Positions 1 through 10,200 of a stretch of DNA of 64,000 nucleotides are shown here, piece by piece. Where the stretch lies: positions 20,948 through 84,947 of the IMG/VR virus record IMGVR_UViG_3300025770_000012. The stretch is one strand, 5' to 3'. Made by a program: the position numbers and the translations under genes. Under the pieces are notes generated by a model, which saw only the letters and a program-made list of their open reading frames with translations, was not told the origin of the DNA and searched no databases. The stretch comes from a virus. Each line of letters opens with the position of its first letter. The stretch's first letter is position 1.

Positions 1-2
1 TG

Positions 3-416
3 TTGACTTCTACAGATAAAGATAATTCAACATTGGCACTGTCTATGATGGCCCATTGCAATCTTGCAAAATCTAAGACTATGTTAGCATTTTTATTTTT
101 TCATTATGGAGATCTTATGAAATCAATGCCAGGTTGGAATCAAGTAGCCTTTAAGACGCTAAGAAAACGGTATTCTAAATATTGGCATTTATCGAATAGC
201 TACCATTATAATGTCCCAGCCAAGTACGAGAACTTTGTTAGTCTTCTTATAGAAGATGGGGCCTATACTAAAGAAGCTGAAAAAAATATACTAGATTTAG
301 TATTTGATACTGCAATCTTACAGAACAACATTGGTAAAACCAATAGTTTGTTTAGTTTACAGAGAAAAGACCTGAAAATGAACACTAAAAAATTAACACA
401 AATAACCAGCAAGTAA
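3..416 (+). CDS. hypothetical protein, probably the C-terminal part of a gene starting left of the window
   Basis: Open frame from the window edge to TAA at 416, followed by a hairpin; no recognisable motif. Confidence 0.6.
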   Translation: MTSTDKDNSTLALSMMAHCNLAKSKTMLAFLFFHYGDLMKSMPGWNQVAFKTLRKRYSKYWHLSNSYHYNVPAKYENFVSLLIEDGAYTKEAEKNILDLVFDTAILQNNIGKTNSLFSLQRKDLKMNTKKLTQITSK

Positions 417-456
417 GCTGTTTGTTAGTTGATTGATAAATAGTGTTTAGATGAGG

Positions 457-493
457 AGTGCCGAGGAAGAGTAATCCTTCTCGGCACTTTATT
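457..493 (+). terminator. intrinsic terminator-like hairpin
   Basis: AGTGCCGAG (457-465) pairs with CTCGGCACT (480-488), followed by TTATT; lies between two + strand ORFs. Confidence 0.65.
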
Positions 494-514
494 AACAAAT
501 AAAAATAACTTAAT

Positions 515-1279
515 ATGGAAAAAGAAAACACAGAGCCAGTGGTTCTAATAGACGGAGATAGTCTTCTCTACTTTGAGATGGGGAAGAACACCTTAGAAGA
601 AGCCTTACTTGGCATCGACGAAAGGATTATGAATATGTTAGACGCAGGAAAAACAAAACGATACGCCGGATTCCTAACAATAGGAAAATGTTTTAGGTAC
701 AAAGAAGCAAAAACACGTATATACAAAGGCAATAGAAAACGAGGAAGCAAACCAATCATATTTTACGCACTAGCAGAATATTTAAAACAACATTGGCAAT
801 TCACATATGTGTCAGCTTTAGAAGCAGATGACTTAGTAGCTATTTATAGCGCAGAGTATCCTGCGGCACTGATATGTAGCCCAGACAAAGATGTTCTACA
901 TCAAGTGGAGGCATCGCATTACAATTATAGAACCAGCAAATACATAACAACTACTACGAAGCAGAGTGATACTTTCTTATGGAAACAGATGCTAATGGGA
1001 GATTCAACTGATGGAATAGTTGGGATCCCCAAATTAGGTGTAAAAACAGCAGATAAGATGCTAGACCCCTTGAAAACAAAGGATATGCCAACTTTTGTGC
1101 TAAACAAATACATCGAAACCTTTGGAATTCACGAAGGAATTAGTAAATTTGGAGAAACCTTTAAACTTGTTTATATCTTAAGATCTCGTAAAGAAGCCTT
1201 ACTAGAAACAGGAATAGAGTTAGACGATTTAGTCATTAACAAGGTAGAAACAGCAGAATCCGACGAATTATGGGCGTAA
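515..1279 (+). CDS. 5'-3' exonuclease / flap endonuclease (T7 gp6 / T5 FEN-like)
   Basis: Motifs LIDGD, FR..YKGNR..KP, LEADD, SPDKD and the H3TH-like MGDSTDGIVGIPKLGVKTA. Confidence 0.9.
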   Translation: MEKENTEPVVLIDGDSLLYFEMGKNTLEEALLGIDERIMNMLDAGKTKRYAGFLTIGKCFRYKEAKTRIYKGNRKRGSKPIIFYALAEYLKQHWQFTYVSALEADDLVAIYSAEYPAALICSPDKDVLHQVEASHYNYRTSKYITTTTKQSDTFLWKQMLMGDSTDGIVGIPKLGVKTADKMLDPLKTKDMPTFVLNKYIETFGIHEGISKFGETFKLVYILRSRKEALLETGIELDDLVINKVETAESDELWA

Positions 1280-2028
1280 AATGTGATCAATTAGTATTTA
1301 CACCTATCTCTCCTCTAACTTTTAGAGTGAGCGGTGGGACTAAGATATTAGAATCACACACCCTTAACAATCTCATACAATCTGTGGAGGGCCCTGAAAC
1401 GCATATACCTTTAGGAATCACATATATTGTAAAAAAACTGCGGTATAAAGTTAATATCATTGAAGAAAGATGGACTCAAAATATTTTAGCCTACGATTTT
1501 ACTACGGCGAAGAGAACAAAGTCTTCTATCTTCATGTTACCTATATTCGGAGCAAGCAGGAGTCTCTACTTATGGAGTCAACTGTTTATGAACTGCTTCA
1601 TTGGAGAAGAAGATGGGACACCTGTTATTCAATTGCTGTATAGAGATTCAGCAGACCCGTTATTTATAGATTTTGAAAACGCCTTAAATCAATTTAGAAC
1701 ATTTAAACGACAAGAACGACCAGCTAAAGATTTTGTATTGTACACCTTTGCCATACCAAAAAGACATTTAAAAACATACGACCATTTTAAAAACGGAGAA
1801 TATTCAAAGCTGACCTTAACATATAAACATGCTATTTTAGATTTTCATGGGTATGAAGTAGACAGTCTAATTGGACAAGTTCTATTTAAAACACCTACCC
1901 GTAAAAAAGCATTAGAGCAAAAAATAGGAATACTTCTACCTGAAGATTCTGAGTTACTAAGCATAATCAACTTAAAAGACGAAATATTCAACCCAAAAAC
2001 ATACTTCAATGAGCAACGACTACGATGA
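1270..2028 (+). CDS. hypothetical phage protein
   Basis: 252-aa ORF overlapping both neighbours in an operon-like arrangement; no function recognised. Confidence 0.75.
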   Translation: MGVKCDQLVFTPISPLTFRVSGGTKILESHTLNNLIQSVEGPETHIPLGITYIVKKLRYKVNIIEERWTQNILAYDFTTAKRTKSSIFMLPIFGASRSLYLWSQLFMNCFIGEEDGTPVIQLLYRDSADPLFIDFENALNQFRTFKRQERPAKDFVLYTFAIPKRHLKTYDHFKNGEYSKLTLTYKHAILDFHGYEVDSLIGQVLFKTPTRKKALEQKIGILLPEDSELLSIINLKDEIFNPKTYFNEQRLR

Positions 2029-2323
2029 CGAATTACTAAAAGCCGGATATTATTCTACTGACACAGCAGAATCCCCATTCGAGCGAGACGTGGACCAAAT
2101 AGCTACACACATTACAAATATATTAAAAACCAAAAACAAAGCATATGGTAATAGTGCACTAGAACCTTGCAATATATTCAGTCAACTGGATGCTAAGGAG
2201 TCTATATGTGCTAGACTAGATGACAAACTAATGAGGATTAAAAACAAAGGCATCACTGATGCAACTGAAGATACAGTAGATGATCTCATCGGGTATCTGT
2301 TTTTATTAAAAATGTCTATGTAA
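2009..2323 (+). CDS. DUF1599 / nucleotide-modification-associated domain 1 (Nmad1)-like protein
   Basis: Pattern KNKAYGNS...RLDDKLMRIKN...EDTVDDLIGY, typical of this all-alpha family. Confidence 0.75.
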   Translation: MSNDYDDELLKAGYYSTDTAESPFERDVDQIATHITNILKTKNKAYGNSALEPCNIFSQLDAKESICARLDDKLMRIKNKGITDATEDTVDDLIGYLFLLKMSM

Positions 2324-2356
2324 GTAAAAGGGGGGCTAATGCCTCCCTTTTTACTT
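2322..2356. terminator. bidirectional intrinsic terminator between the convergent gene blocks
   Basis: AAGTAAAAGGGGGGC-TAAT-GCCTCCCTTTTTACTT: GC stem with an A-tract before and a T-tract after, at the +/- strand convergence. Confidence 0.85.
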
Positions 2357-2397
2357 TACCAACTTAGGTACCCCCTTTTTTCCTGTGTAGCCGTCTT

Positions 2398-5300
2398 TTA
2401 GCGGACGATCTTATCTTGAGGATAGATCTCAGCAGCGCGCACTACCCCAGAGAGACCAGGTAAGAACTTCCAAGTATAATATCCTGGGCCTGTTCTGTCT
2501 TGTGCAGAATCTTCTCCGAAGAGTCCGTCTCGCATCTCATCCATAGAGTTCGAAGTCCACTTTAAACCTTGTTGAGCAAGTGAAATAAGTGGAATACCAG
2601 ATGCTCTAGGTCCTGTCATCTCTGTAGGATCGTAGAATACAGCAGTCTCACGGTATATCCTATTGACCACACTCAATAGCTTTCTTCCAGCCCAAGATTG
2701 TTTTAGATCAACTTTATCATCATCGTCCCAGTCTCCTCCAAGCGCAAGCATGAGTCCTATTAAGAGGAACACCGCTCTAAGCTCCATGAGAGCTCCTCTA
2801 ATGTTAGCACGTTTAAAGTCTAAAAACTTTTCAAAAGATACTTCCTTTTCTGCTTCATTTTTAAAATCAAATTCTGGGTTACCTTTTTCGTTCTCTATAA
2901 ACTTTTCAAATTCTAACCGAGCTCTATTATCTTTAATTTTATAGGCATTAGTTAAACCAAAGGTTCCTATATCTACACCAATCTTAGCTAAATCAGTAAG
3001 AGCGTCTGTAGTAAAGATATGCATCCATGTCTCCGTGTCTACTACTTGCCCAAAACTGTCAAATTGTGCATCTGCTCCTATGTTGCCCCACATTGTCTTC
3101 CAAGTACCCTGATCAAAATTCTCCATAATATAATCATAGCGCAGGTTTCCAAATCTTTCAATGGCAATACCAGGTAACCAAGATCTGTAATGGATAAACA
3201 GCCTGTTAATCAGCTTATTTTGAGAATTAAATCTATCCTCTTTAGGCACAGCACCCTTCACTTTGGATCCTATTTTATGTACTTTTTGTTTAAAAGATAC
3301 CCAATTTCTATTATTTTCTTTTAAATTCTCCACTTCAGGAATCTTAGTAAGATACCTATCTTGAGTTCCTGTACGTTCCCAGGTAGGGTTTTCTTCAATT
3401 TCAATAGTATCCCATATGGATTCTGTCCCTTCAGGAAGGTCCTTTAAAAGTTCTAACTTTTTTGTTTTTGGATTAATTCCGTAGTTCATAGCCATACCTG
3501 CTGCTAAAACAGCATCTAAAGTACGATCTGCTCGAGCTAAAAACTCAAACCATCTATCCGCTGTCATGTATTTAGCACGAGTAGTAGATGATAGCATATC
3601 CGCACGCCTTGTAGACAAGTCCTCTAAGGTTAATTGAAAGTACTCAAATACTGCACGTAACTTAGGGTCTCGTGAGAAGTATGCTTTTTGTGCTGCTCTT
3701 AGATTAGATCTTGTTAAATATAATCCTTTAGAAGCTTGCATTTCTAATCCCATAAATCCAGCACCCAAAGCTCCAATTGCTACTGGAGATTTTAAACCAA
3801 GAGTAGCTATAGTATGGTAATTTTTAGCTACTAATATAGTTTTATTAACACTTAAATCTTTACCGAAAGTTTTATCTTTAGTAACCAGACTTTGTCCAAA
3901 AAATTCTGCATTAATAAATTCGGTTATAGTACCAGCATTAGTTCTAGTAGCCTCTCCTTTTGCTCTACCAATAGAATCAAGAATTATATCCCCAAGTTTA
4001 TCTTGTGTAGCTTCTTCTATATGAGAATCTTTAAAAAGACTTTCCATCATAAGCAGAGTAGGAGTTATGTCATTTAAATAGCTATACATATGAGCGGCGC
4101 TTCCTAGTAGATAAAGATTTTTACCTAGCTCTTTACTTTTTAAACTAGAATCATACTTATCTTGACTGTTCTTTAAAGGAGTAACATGAAATCTTGGTAT
4201 GCTACGAAGAAACTCTCCGTCCAACCCTACCATACCAAATTGCTTATCATGCTCCTTAAGTTGAAATTTATCTAACCATGCTTGCTTCATCTTTCCCATG
4301 TCAAACCCATCCTGTAAGAACTGGTCGATCATATTTTTATGAATATCTGCAACATAGTTATATTTCTTATCTACACCCATCAATCGTAAGAACTCAGATG
4401 TTTTCTTAATATGGTAATCATAAAAATCTTTAAGTACTGGAGAATTTTGAATCTTCATGTACTCAGGAGATAGATATTTACCCATCTTATTATTATCCTT
4501 GCCAGCCTTTAAAAAAGGGTTTGTAGGATTATACCATGCGGTCTCATGTTTAGGATTAAATCTAGTTTCCCACTTTGCTAGTCTAGAAGCCTGTGTTTTA
4601 GCACTTCCTCCTTTCTCTTTTAAAAGCTTAATTTGATTCGCTCTCCAATTCTTGTACTCTTTATCAAGTAGCTCTTGATCAACCTCAAAATACTGCTGTA
4701 ACCATTTTATATCCTGATCCTCAAATGCCTTTTTTCTATCTTCAGTATACTTCTCATTAAATCTAGCATAGAGATTTCTAGTGTTAGGGTTAATAAGAAC
4801 ATCGTATACTGACGCGCCTGGGTAGCCATTTGCAGACCCCCACTCAAAAAGTGCATTAGTTTTAGATTCTATTTCAGTAGCTAGCTCTTTTTCTATTCTA
4901 ACTAGGTGTCCTTCTATTTCAGCTTTAAAGTTATGTATCAACCTAAGCGCAGGGTGAGACTGACCTGATCTACTAACCCAGTCTGCAGTAAGCTTACCAA
5001 CTTCTTTATTAAACTCTGTAATACCTCGAACCCCTTTATTACTAGCAGATACATCAAGACGTTCCATCATCTTTTCTACTAAAGATTCCTGCTTTCTAGC
5101 TATGTCAGCATGTAATACTTCCAAATCTTTGGACAGTCTAGCTGCTGCATCCTTGTCTTTTTTTTCTAAAGATTTAATAATATCTGTCAGTGTTGTAAAC
5201 TTACTAAAGTGCTTTAAATCCTGGTATGCATTATTTAGTTCTGCAGCAGACATGTAGTCTGGATTGGGATCCCCATTTTTAAGGTACTCCTTATTAGTAT

Positions 5301-7299
5301 TCAGGCCTTTTTCTATAACTTTTAACGTTTGAGAAACCTCCCTAATAACTGCATTAGCGCTTTTAGATACCTGCAGGTCTCTAATAATTCTTCTAGACGC
5401 ATTAATTCTTTCTTGCAAACGTTGCCTCTCAGCATAGTTGGCATCTTTTTGTTGAGAAATAAGAATAGTTAATCTATCCCCTTCCTTTCTTATCAACTTA
5501 TCTAGCCTAGCGAAACCGGTAGTCTCGTGAGCCAAAGCTAGCTGTTGTATGTATTGATTATCATCTGTTTCTAGCTGAATATCATTTACAATCTTGGTGG
5601 GCATGTTATTAGAGTCTCTCTTATAGTCTAACATAATAGGCACAACTCTAGATCTAACAACTTCAGTAACTCCGTATTCACTTAACAGAGTATGTACATA
5701 ACTACCCATCTGTAAGTCATAAGTCTCAGCGCTCTCTAACCATACGTCCTTTCTAAGAACTACTTTACCTGTTTTTTTATCTCGGTAAGCATATCCAGTA
5801 TGTGTTTGAGCGATCTTAGATTTGTAGTCAAATATAGCTGCTGAACCATCACTAAAGAATGCAAGAAGGTCAATAGTACCACCCATCTTCTTAGCACGAT
5901 TAAGAACAAACATCTCTGTACGAATATGAACTTTACCTTTAGGATCTTTTTCCTTCTGTATTGCTTTAATGTCTGCAACTAATTTCTTAGCATACGCATT
6001 AAGCTTCTTAAAGTTTGCTCCGTATTCTGAGTACTCTCGTTCTATTTCTGCAGGGCTTATTTTAGAATTACCAGCATGAAAGTCAATTAGACGCTCCATA
6101 GTTTCGTGAACCCTATTTCCTGAGGTAGTGTGTATCTCAGACCATCTGTCATACTTCTCTTTCTGCTCATCCGAATAGTATCTTTCTGTACTAGAATACT
6201 TCAAAGACCCCTCGTCTGACATACGTTTAAACAGAACCTCACCAGTTACTGAGTTTCGGTAACGCATCACCGTGGTCTCTCCAACACCGGCTAATTTCTT
6301 AAAGTACGGATCATCTCCCACAGGCACTGGTACGGCTTCCCACTTCGATTGGTCTGCTTCTACCCTTTCTAATGGAGTGGCTTCTGCCGTAGCAGAGGAT
6401 GCTTTATAAAAGGTTTCATCTGGCAATACCATAGTAGCCGGATCTGCTTGCATCACATCAGCTAAACGATTATCCATAAGAATCCGCGCAGTCTTTGAGA
6501 AAGGGTTCCCGGCTGTGCCAAATACTTTATTTAGAAGGGCTAATACTTTTTGCCACCATCTATTTAATCTCGATAATTTAGCAGGGTCTAGCTCTGTAGC
6601 TTCAACGTCTGTCTCATTACCCATAATGTGACGTGCTATTACTTTACCAATCGCTTCACGTTTAAGAAGCTCTACGTTTCCTTCATATTTTTTATAGTAG
6701 AATCCATTAGGATCCATAATTTCCGCAAATTCAGCATATCCCTCAATCTGACTCATCATAGAGCGGTATAAGGGATGGTCATCAGTTTGAAGCATAGCTG
6801 TAATAAAGTGAGCTGCCTCCTCTGCTAATGCATCAGTAGTTGCCTCACCTTGAGAAAGTCTTATAACTCTATCAAGAAGTCTAGCCTGACCGACTACTGG
6901 AAGTACCTGTCCAGTCTTATCTTTAATCTGGCTAGCAACTTCAACTTTAACTCCCACGGTCTCTAAGAAGTTATGAAGTGCCTCACCTAGCTTGTCTTTC
7001 TTGTACTCATGGCTTAACTCATGTACAGCAGCTTCATATTCCCCCACATTCTGTGCCGCCTTAGTTATTAAACGTACGGCGTCAGGAGTTAAAGCAGGGT
7101 TGACCTCCCCCTGATTATTCATAACAGCTTGAATTTCTCCAGACTCCGCTTTAGTTTGGAGTTCTAGGTATGAAGCATACGATGCGGTAGGATCGCCTAC
7201 TATCTGATTGATAAATTCAAACAGAGCAGATGGATTCCCATCATTAGCATATACTTCAACTACTTTGCCTGCGTTATCTTTTACTATATTACATGCCAT
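2398..7299 (-). CDS. large virion cargo protein with degenerate zincin-like domain and PD-(D/E)xK nuclease domain
   Basis: 1633 aa. LAEEAAHF...REAIG resembles a zincin lacking the first His. GNRVHE...TE...GGTIDLL...IFDYKS...QMGSY is a RecB/Cas4-like nuclease motif set. Adjacent to the RNAP gene as in crAss-like phages. Confidence 0.75.
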   Translation of the reverse strand: MACNIVKDNAGKVVEVYANDGNPSALFEFINQIVGDPTASYASYLELQTKAESGEIQAVMNNQGEVNPALTPDAVRLITKAAQNVGEYEAAVHELSHEYKKDKLGEALHNFLETVGVKVEVASQIKDKTGQVLPVVGQARLLDRVIRLSQGEATTDALAEEAAHFITAMLQTDDHPLYRSMMSQIEGYAEFAEIMDPNGFYYKKYEGNVELLKREAIGKVIARHIMGNETDVEATELDPAKLSRLNRWWQKVLALLNKVFGTAGNPFSKTARILMDNRLADVMQADPATMVLPDETFYKASSATAEATPLERVEADQSKWEAVPVPVGDDPYFKKLAGVGETTVMRYRNSVTGEVLFKRMSDEGSLKYSSTERYYSDEQKEKYDRWSEIHTTSGNRVHETMERLIDFHAGNSKISPAEIEREYSEYGANFKKLNAYAKKLVADIKAIQKEKDPKGKVHIRTEMFVLNRAKKMGGTIDLLAFFSDGSAAIFDYKSKIAQTHTGYAYRDKKTGKVVLRKDVWLESAETYDLQMGSYVHTLLSEYGVTEVVRSRVVPIMLDYKRDSNNMPTKIVNDIQLETDDNQYIQQLALAHETTGFARLDKLIRKEGDRLTILISQQKDANYAERQRLQERINASRRIIRDLQVSKSANAVIREVSQTLKVIEKGLNTNKEYLKNGDPNPDYMSAAELNNAYQDLKHFSKFTTLTDIIKSLEKKDKDAAARLSKDLEVLHADIARKQESLVEKMMERLDVSASNKGVRGITEFNKEVGKLTADWVSRSGQSHPALRLIHNFKAEIEGHLVRIEKELATEIESKTNALFEWGSANGYPGASVYDVLINPNTRNLYARFNEKYTEDRKKAFEDQDIKWLQQYFEVDQELLDKEYKNWRANQIKLLKEKGGSAKTQASRLAKWETRFNPKHETAWYNPTNPFLKAGKDNNKMGKYLSPEYMKIQNSPVLKDFYDYHIKKTSEFLRLMGVDKKYNYVADIHKNMIDQFLQDGFDMGKMKQAWLDKFQLKEHDKQFGMVGLDGEFLRSIPRFHVTPLKNSQDKYDSSLKSKELGKNLYLLGSAAHMYSYLNDITPTLLMMESLFKDSHIEEATQDKLGDIILDSIGRAKGEATRTNAGTITEFINAEFFGQSLVTKDKTFGKDLSVNKTILVAKNYHTIATLGLKSPVAIGALGAGFMGLEMQASKGLYLTRSNLRAAQKAYFSRDPKLRAVFEYFQLTLEDLSTRRADMLSSTTRAKYMTADRWFEFLARADRTLDAVLAAGMAMNYGINPKTKKLELLKDLPEGTESIWDTIEIEENPTWERTGTQDRYLTKIPEVENLKENNRNWVSFKQKVHKIGSKVKGAVPKEDRFNSQNKLINRLFIHYRSWLPGIAIERFGNLRYDYIMENFDQGTWKTMWGNIGADAQFDSFGQVVDTETWMHIFTTDALTDLAKIGVDIGTFGLTNAYKIKDNRARLEFEKFIENEKGNPEFDFKNEAEKEVSFEKFLDFKRANIRGALMELRAVFLLIGLMLALGGDWDDDDKVDLKQSWAGRKLLSVVNRIYRETAVFYDPTEMTGPRASGIPLISLAQQGLKWTSNSMDEMRDGLFGEDSAQDRTGPGYYTWKFLPGLSGVVRAAEIYPQDKIVR

Positions 7300-10200
7300 T
7301 ATTCACACTCATTTTCGTTGTTTGCTTTTCTTAAAGATTGTAGGTCTAAAGTACTTGATACTGTTTCAGGTGCTAACTCTTTAGGTTGAGAAGGTATCAA
7401 CTTCTGCGTTTCTAATGTTTCTACTGCAAAGAAACTTCGTTTAACTCTGCCATTAATAAAGGACGTGTTGTATTTATCCTTAGAAAAGTCAGCCCAGTTT
7501 TTATATCCTGAGCGTTTTGCAATAGAGGCTTTAAGGGCCTTTTCATCCTTAACTCCAAAAATACGATATTCATCCTTATTAAGCAACTCCCGCAATGAGC
7601 TGGTTGAAATGTGCTCTAAATGAATAACAGTTCCATTGGGTAATATCTTCGTTCCAGCCTTAACCCGCTTTGGGTCATTAACATCATATGCAAAATGCAA
7701 CATGTCACGTTTAGATTCGTGTAGCTGCTTAATTATTTTTGTAGTTAGATGAAGCCTTTGTCTACCAAATGGATGATTATTAGATTCTATAATCGACTTA
7801 TCTGTGTTTACTTCTATTAAGTGGCCCATAATGCCTTTTTTAGCTCTTCGCTTATAGACATAATAACCATCTTCACTAGTGCCTACATATTCTAAGTGCA
7901 CTGTAAAATACTTCTCATTTGAATTGGACGCGATACCTTTTGCAGCCCCTCTTTGTCTAAGTGACTTTATAGTTACTCTGTCATCATTAAACTCTTTAGT
8001 GTAGATCACTTCATCAGATTTATACATACTCTTATTGGAGTACTTATGACGTGTAATCCTAGGGTTATCCCAAGAATTATCTAAGAAGTCTATTTTTATG
8101 TCTTGGATTACTGAGGTAGTAATACCCCCAACACTTATAGCGTCATGAACTGCCTTCAGCATAGGTGCTGTTGCATCTAAAACTTCAACTCCAGGGAGCG
8201 CATGAAAGAAAGAAGTAGGATGAAAACCTGTTCCAGACTTCATCATACTAAATAGTACAATATCATCCGCTAGTCTTTTTCCAGTGGGTCCACTATTAGA
8301 AAGCTCATACCAAGCATCTGCTAAGTCATCAATTTCTGAAGGAGCGTACTTTCTAGAGAATAACTGCATCATATCTATTGTATGATCGAAATCTGTAGGG
8401 TCTGTAAACTCTTGCAAACTAGAAATAAGGTCTTGAATAAGAGCGTTATCTGGGAAGGTATCTTTAGCTTTAAGTACTCTAGCAGGTAAACTGTTATCTC
8501 CTTGGAAGTACTCAGACAAACTCTCATTTAACTTAGTTAAATCAGTTCTTTGATGTGCCTGCCAAACCCAAGAGGTAACAAAATTATCAAATGCACGTAG
8601 TACATATATAATCTCATCTTTTGATTTACCTTCTGAAATAAGATCTTCTGCCATTTCCACCATCGCAGACTTTAAAGGATTAATCGACTTACCATTAATA
8701 TCAGTACTCATTGCCTCTTTCAAATCAGTCTGTGTAAAGTAATCTGGAGCTGTAGTATACATATCCTGTAGTTTACTTACAAAAGGAGCAGACTTATCTA
8801 TTCCCTCCTCAGACCCTAATTGACCAAGACCAAAGATTCTACTTGTCTTATTAGAAAGACCGTAGAATGCATTCTTACGATTTACAATATTACCAAGCGC
8901 AGCTAGATGTATAAGATCATACCCACTTCCTATCTTATCCGTGTCGAAGGATGAGAGCTTCTGAGCTTTTCTAAGAAGATCTGCATATTCTTTATATCGT
9001 AAGAAGTCTGAGAAGATTTGAGCTTGTAATCCCTTTTGTCCCTTACCCATATCCTTGAGGTTAGTAACTAGCAGACTATCTGAAGCTCTAACCATTTTAC
9101 CAGATCGAGATTCCTCATGTCTGTCCAAAGCCATCTCATTTAAAGCGGCTGTTCCTTCAGATTCTCCTACTAACTTTCTAATCTGATCTTGAACATCGGT
9201 TTCAGAATACGACTCAGCATAATCACTTGTTGTGGAAGCTATAGATTGCATATTCTTTAAGCGATAGTACTCTTGTATTACAGGCTGTGACATAAACTTA
9301 AGAACTGTTTCTAGAGGAACTCCAGCGCGTATTAGCATAACGTGCACTGCAGCTCCTGATTGCCCTGCATTGACATACATAGCAAATGGATCCTTCTCAC
9401 CATCTACATAAGCAGTAATGTACTGCTGCATAGAACGATTTATATAGTTTCCATTAACATCTTTAACTCGTGATAAAGAAATAGTCTCATTCTGCAGGCC
9501 TTCGAAGTTTAGATTATATACTGTAGTATCCATTGGATCTCCAAATCTATCTACTTCTTCTCCTGCCTGATTAAACCCAAATCCGGCTCTTTGTGATTTT
9601 CCAAGGTCAGACATATTGGTTGCAATAATACCCGTACCCCCTAACGTTTGGTGCATTTGATACGTAGTAGTAATGAGATTATCCATACTAAATATATCAA
9701 AGAGTGCTGTGGCTTCTGCTTCTACACCCTTAATACCTGCGGCTACTTGTGCGTTATGTATCTCATGTGCAATATCCTTTAGCTCAAATGCACCTACTGG
9801 GGCAATTAACTGTGGAAAGCTTGCTGGGTGCTTTAAGATATTCTTCATATTCTCAAGAAGCATATTCTGAACAACGTCACTAGGCTGTTGCATTACATCA
9901 GATAGATTATCCCATCCCATCTGAACCATTGTAGTACTTAACTCTATACCCATGACAACCTTTTCAGAAGGATCTATCTCATCTCGGTAAGCTGTGATGT
10001 CAAGTAAGAAATCTCGTAAGCTGTTAGAATCTGTTCCAAATAACTCTGCAGCTGCAGCTCTGAATGCGTTAACATCCCTATCTAACAACTCTAATGGATT
10101 GTCTATTCTTGATACTAACCCTACTTTACTTGTTCCATCTTCTAAAACTGTTCTAGAAACATTAGGTAAGTAGATAGTTAATTTATCAATATCATAGTCA

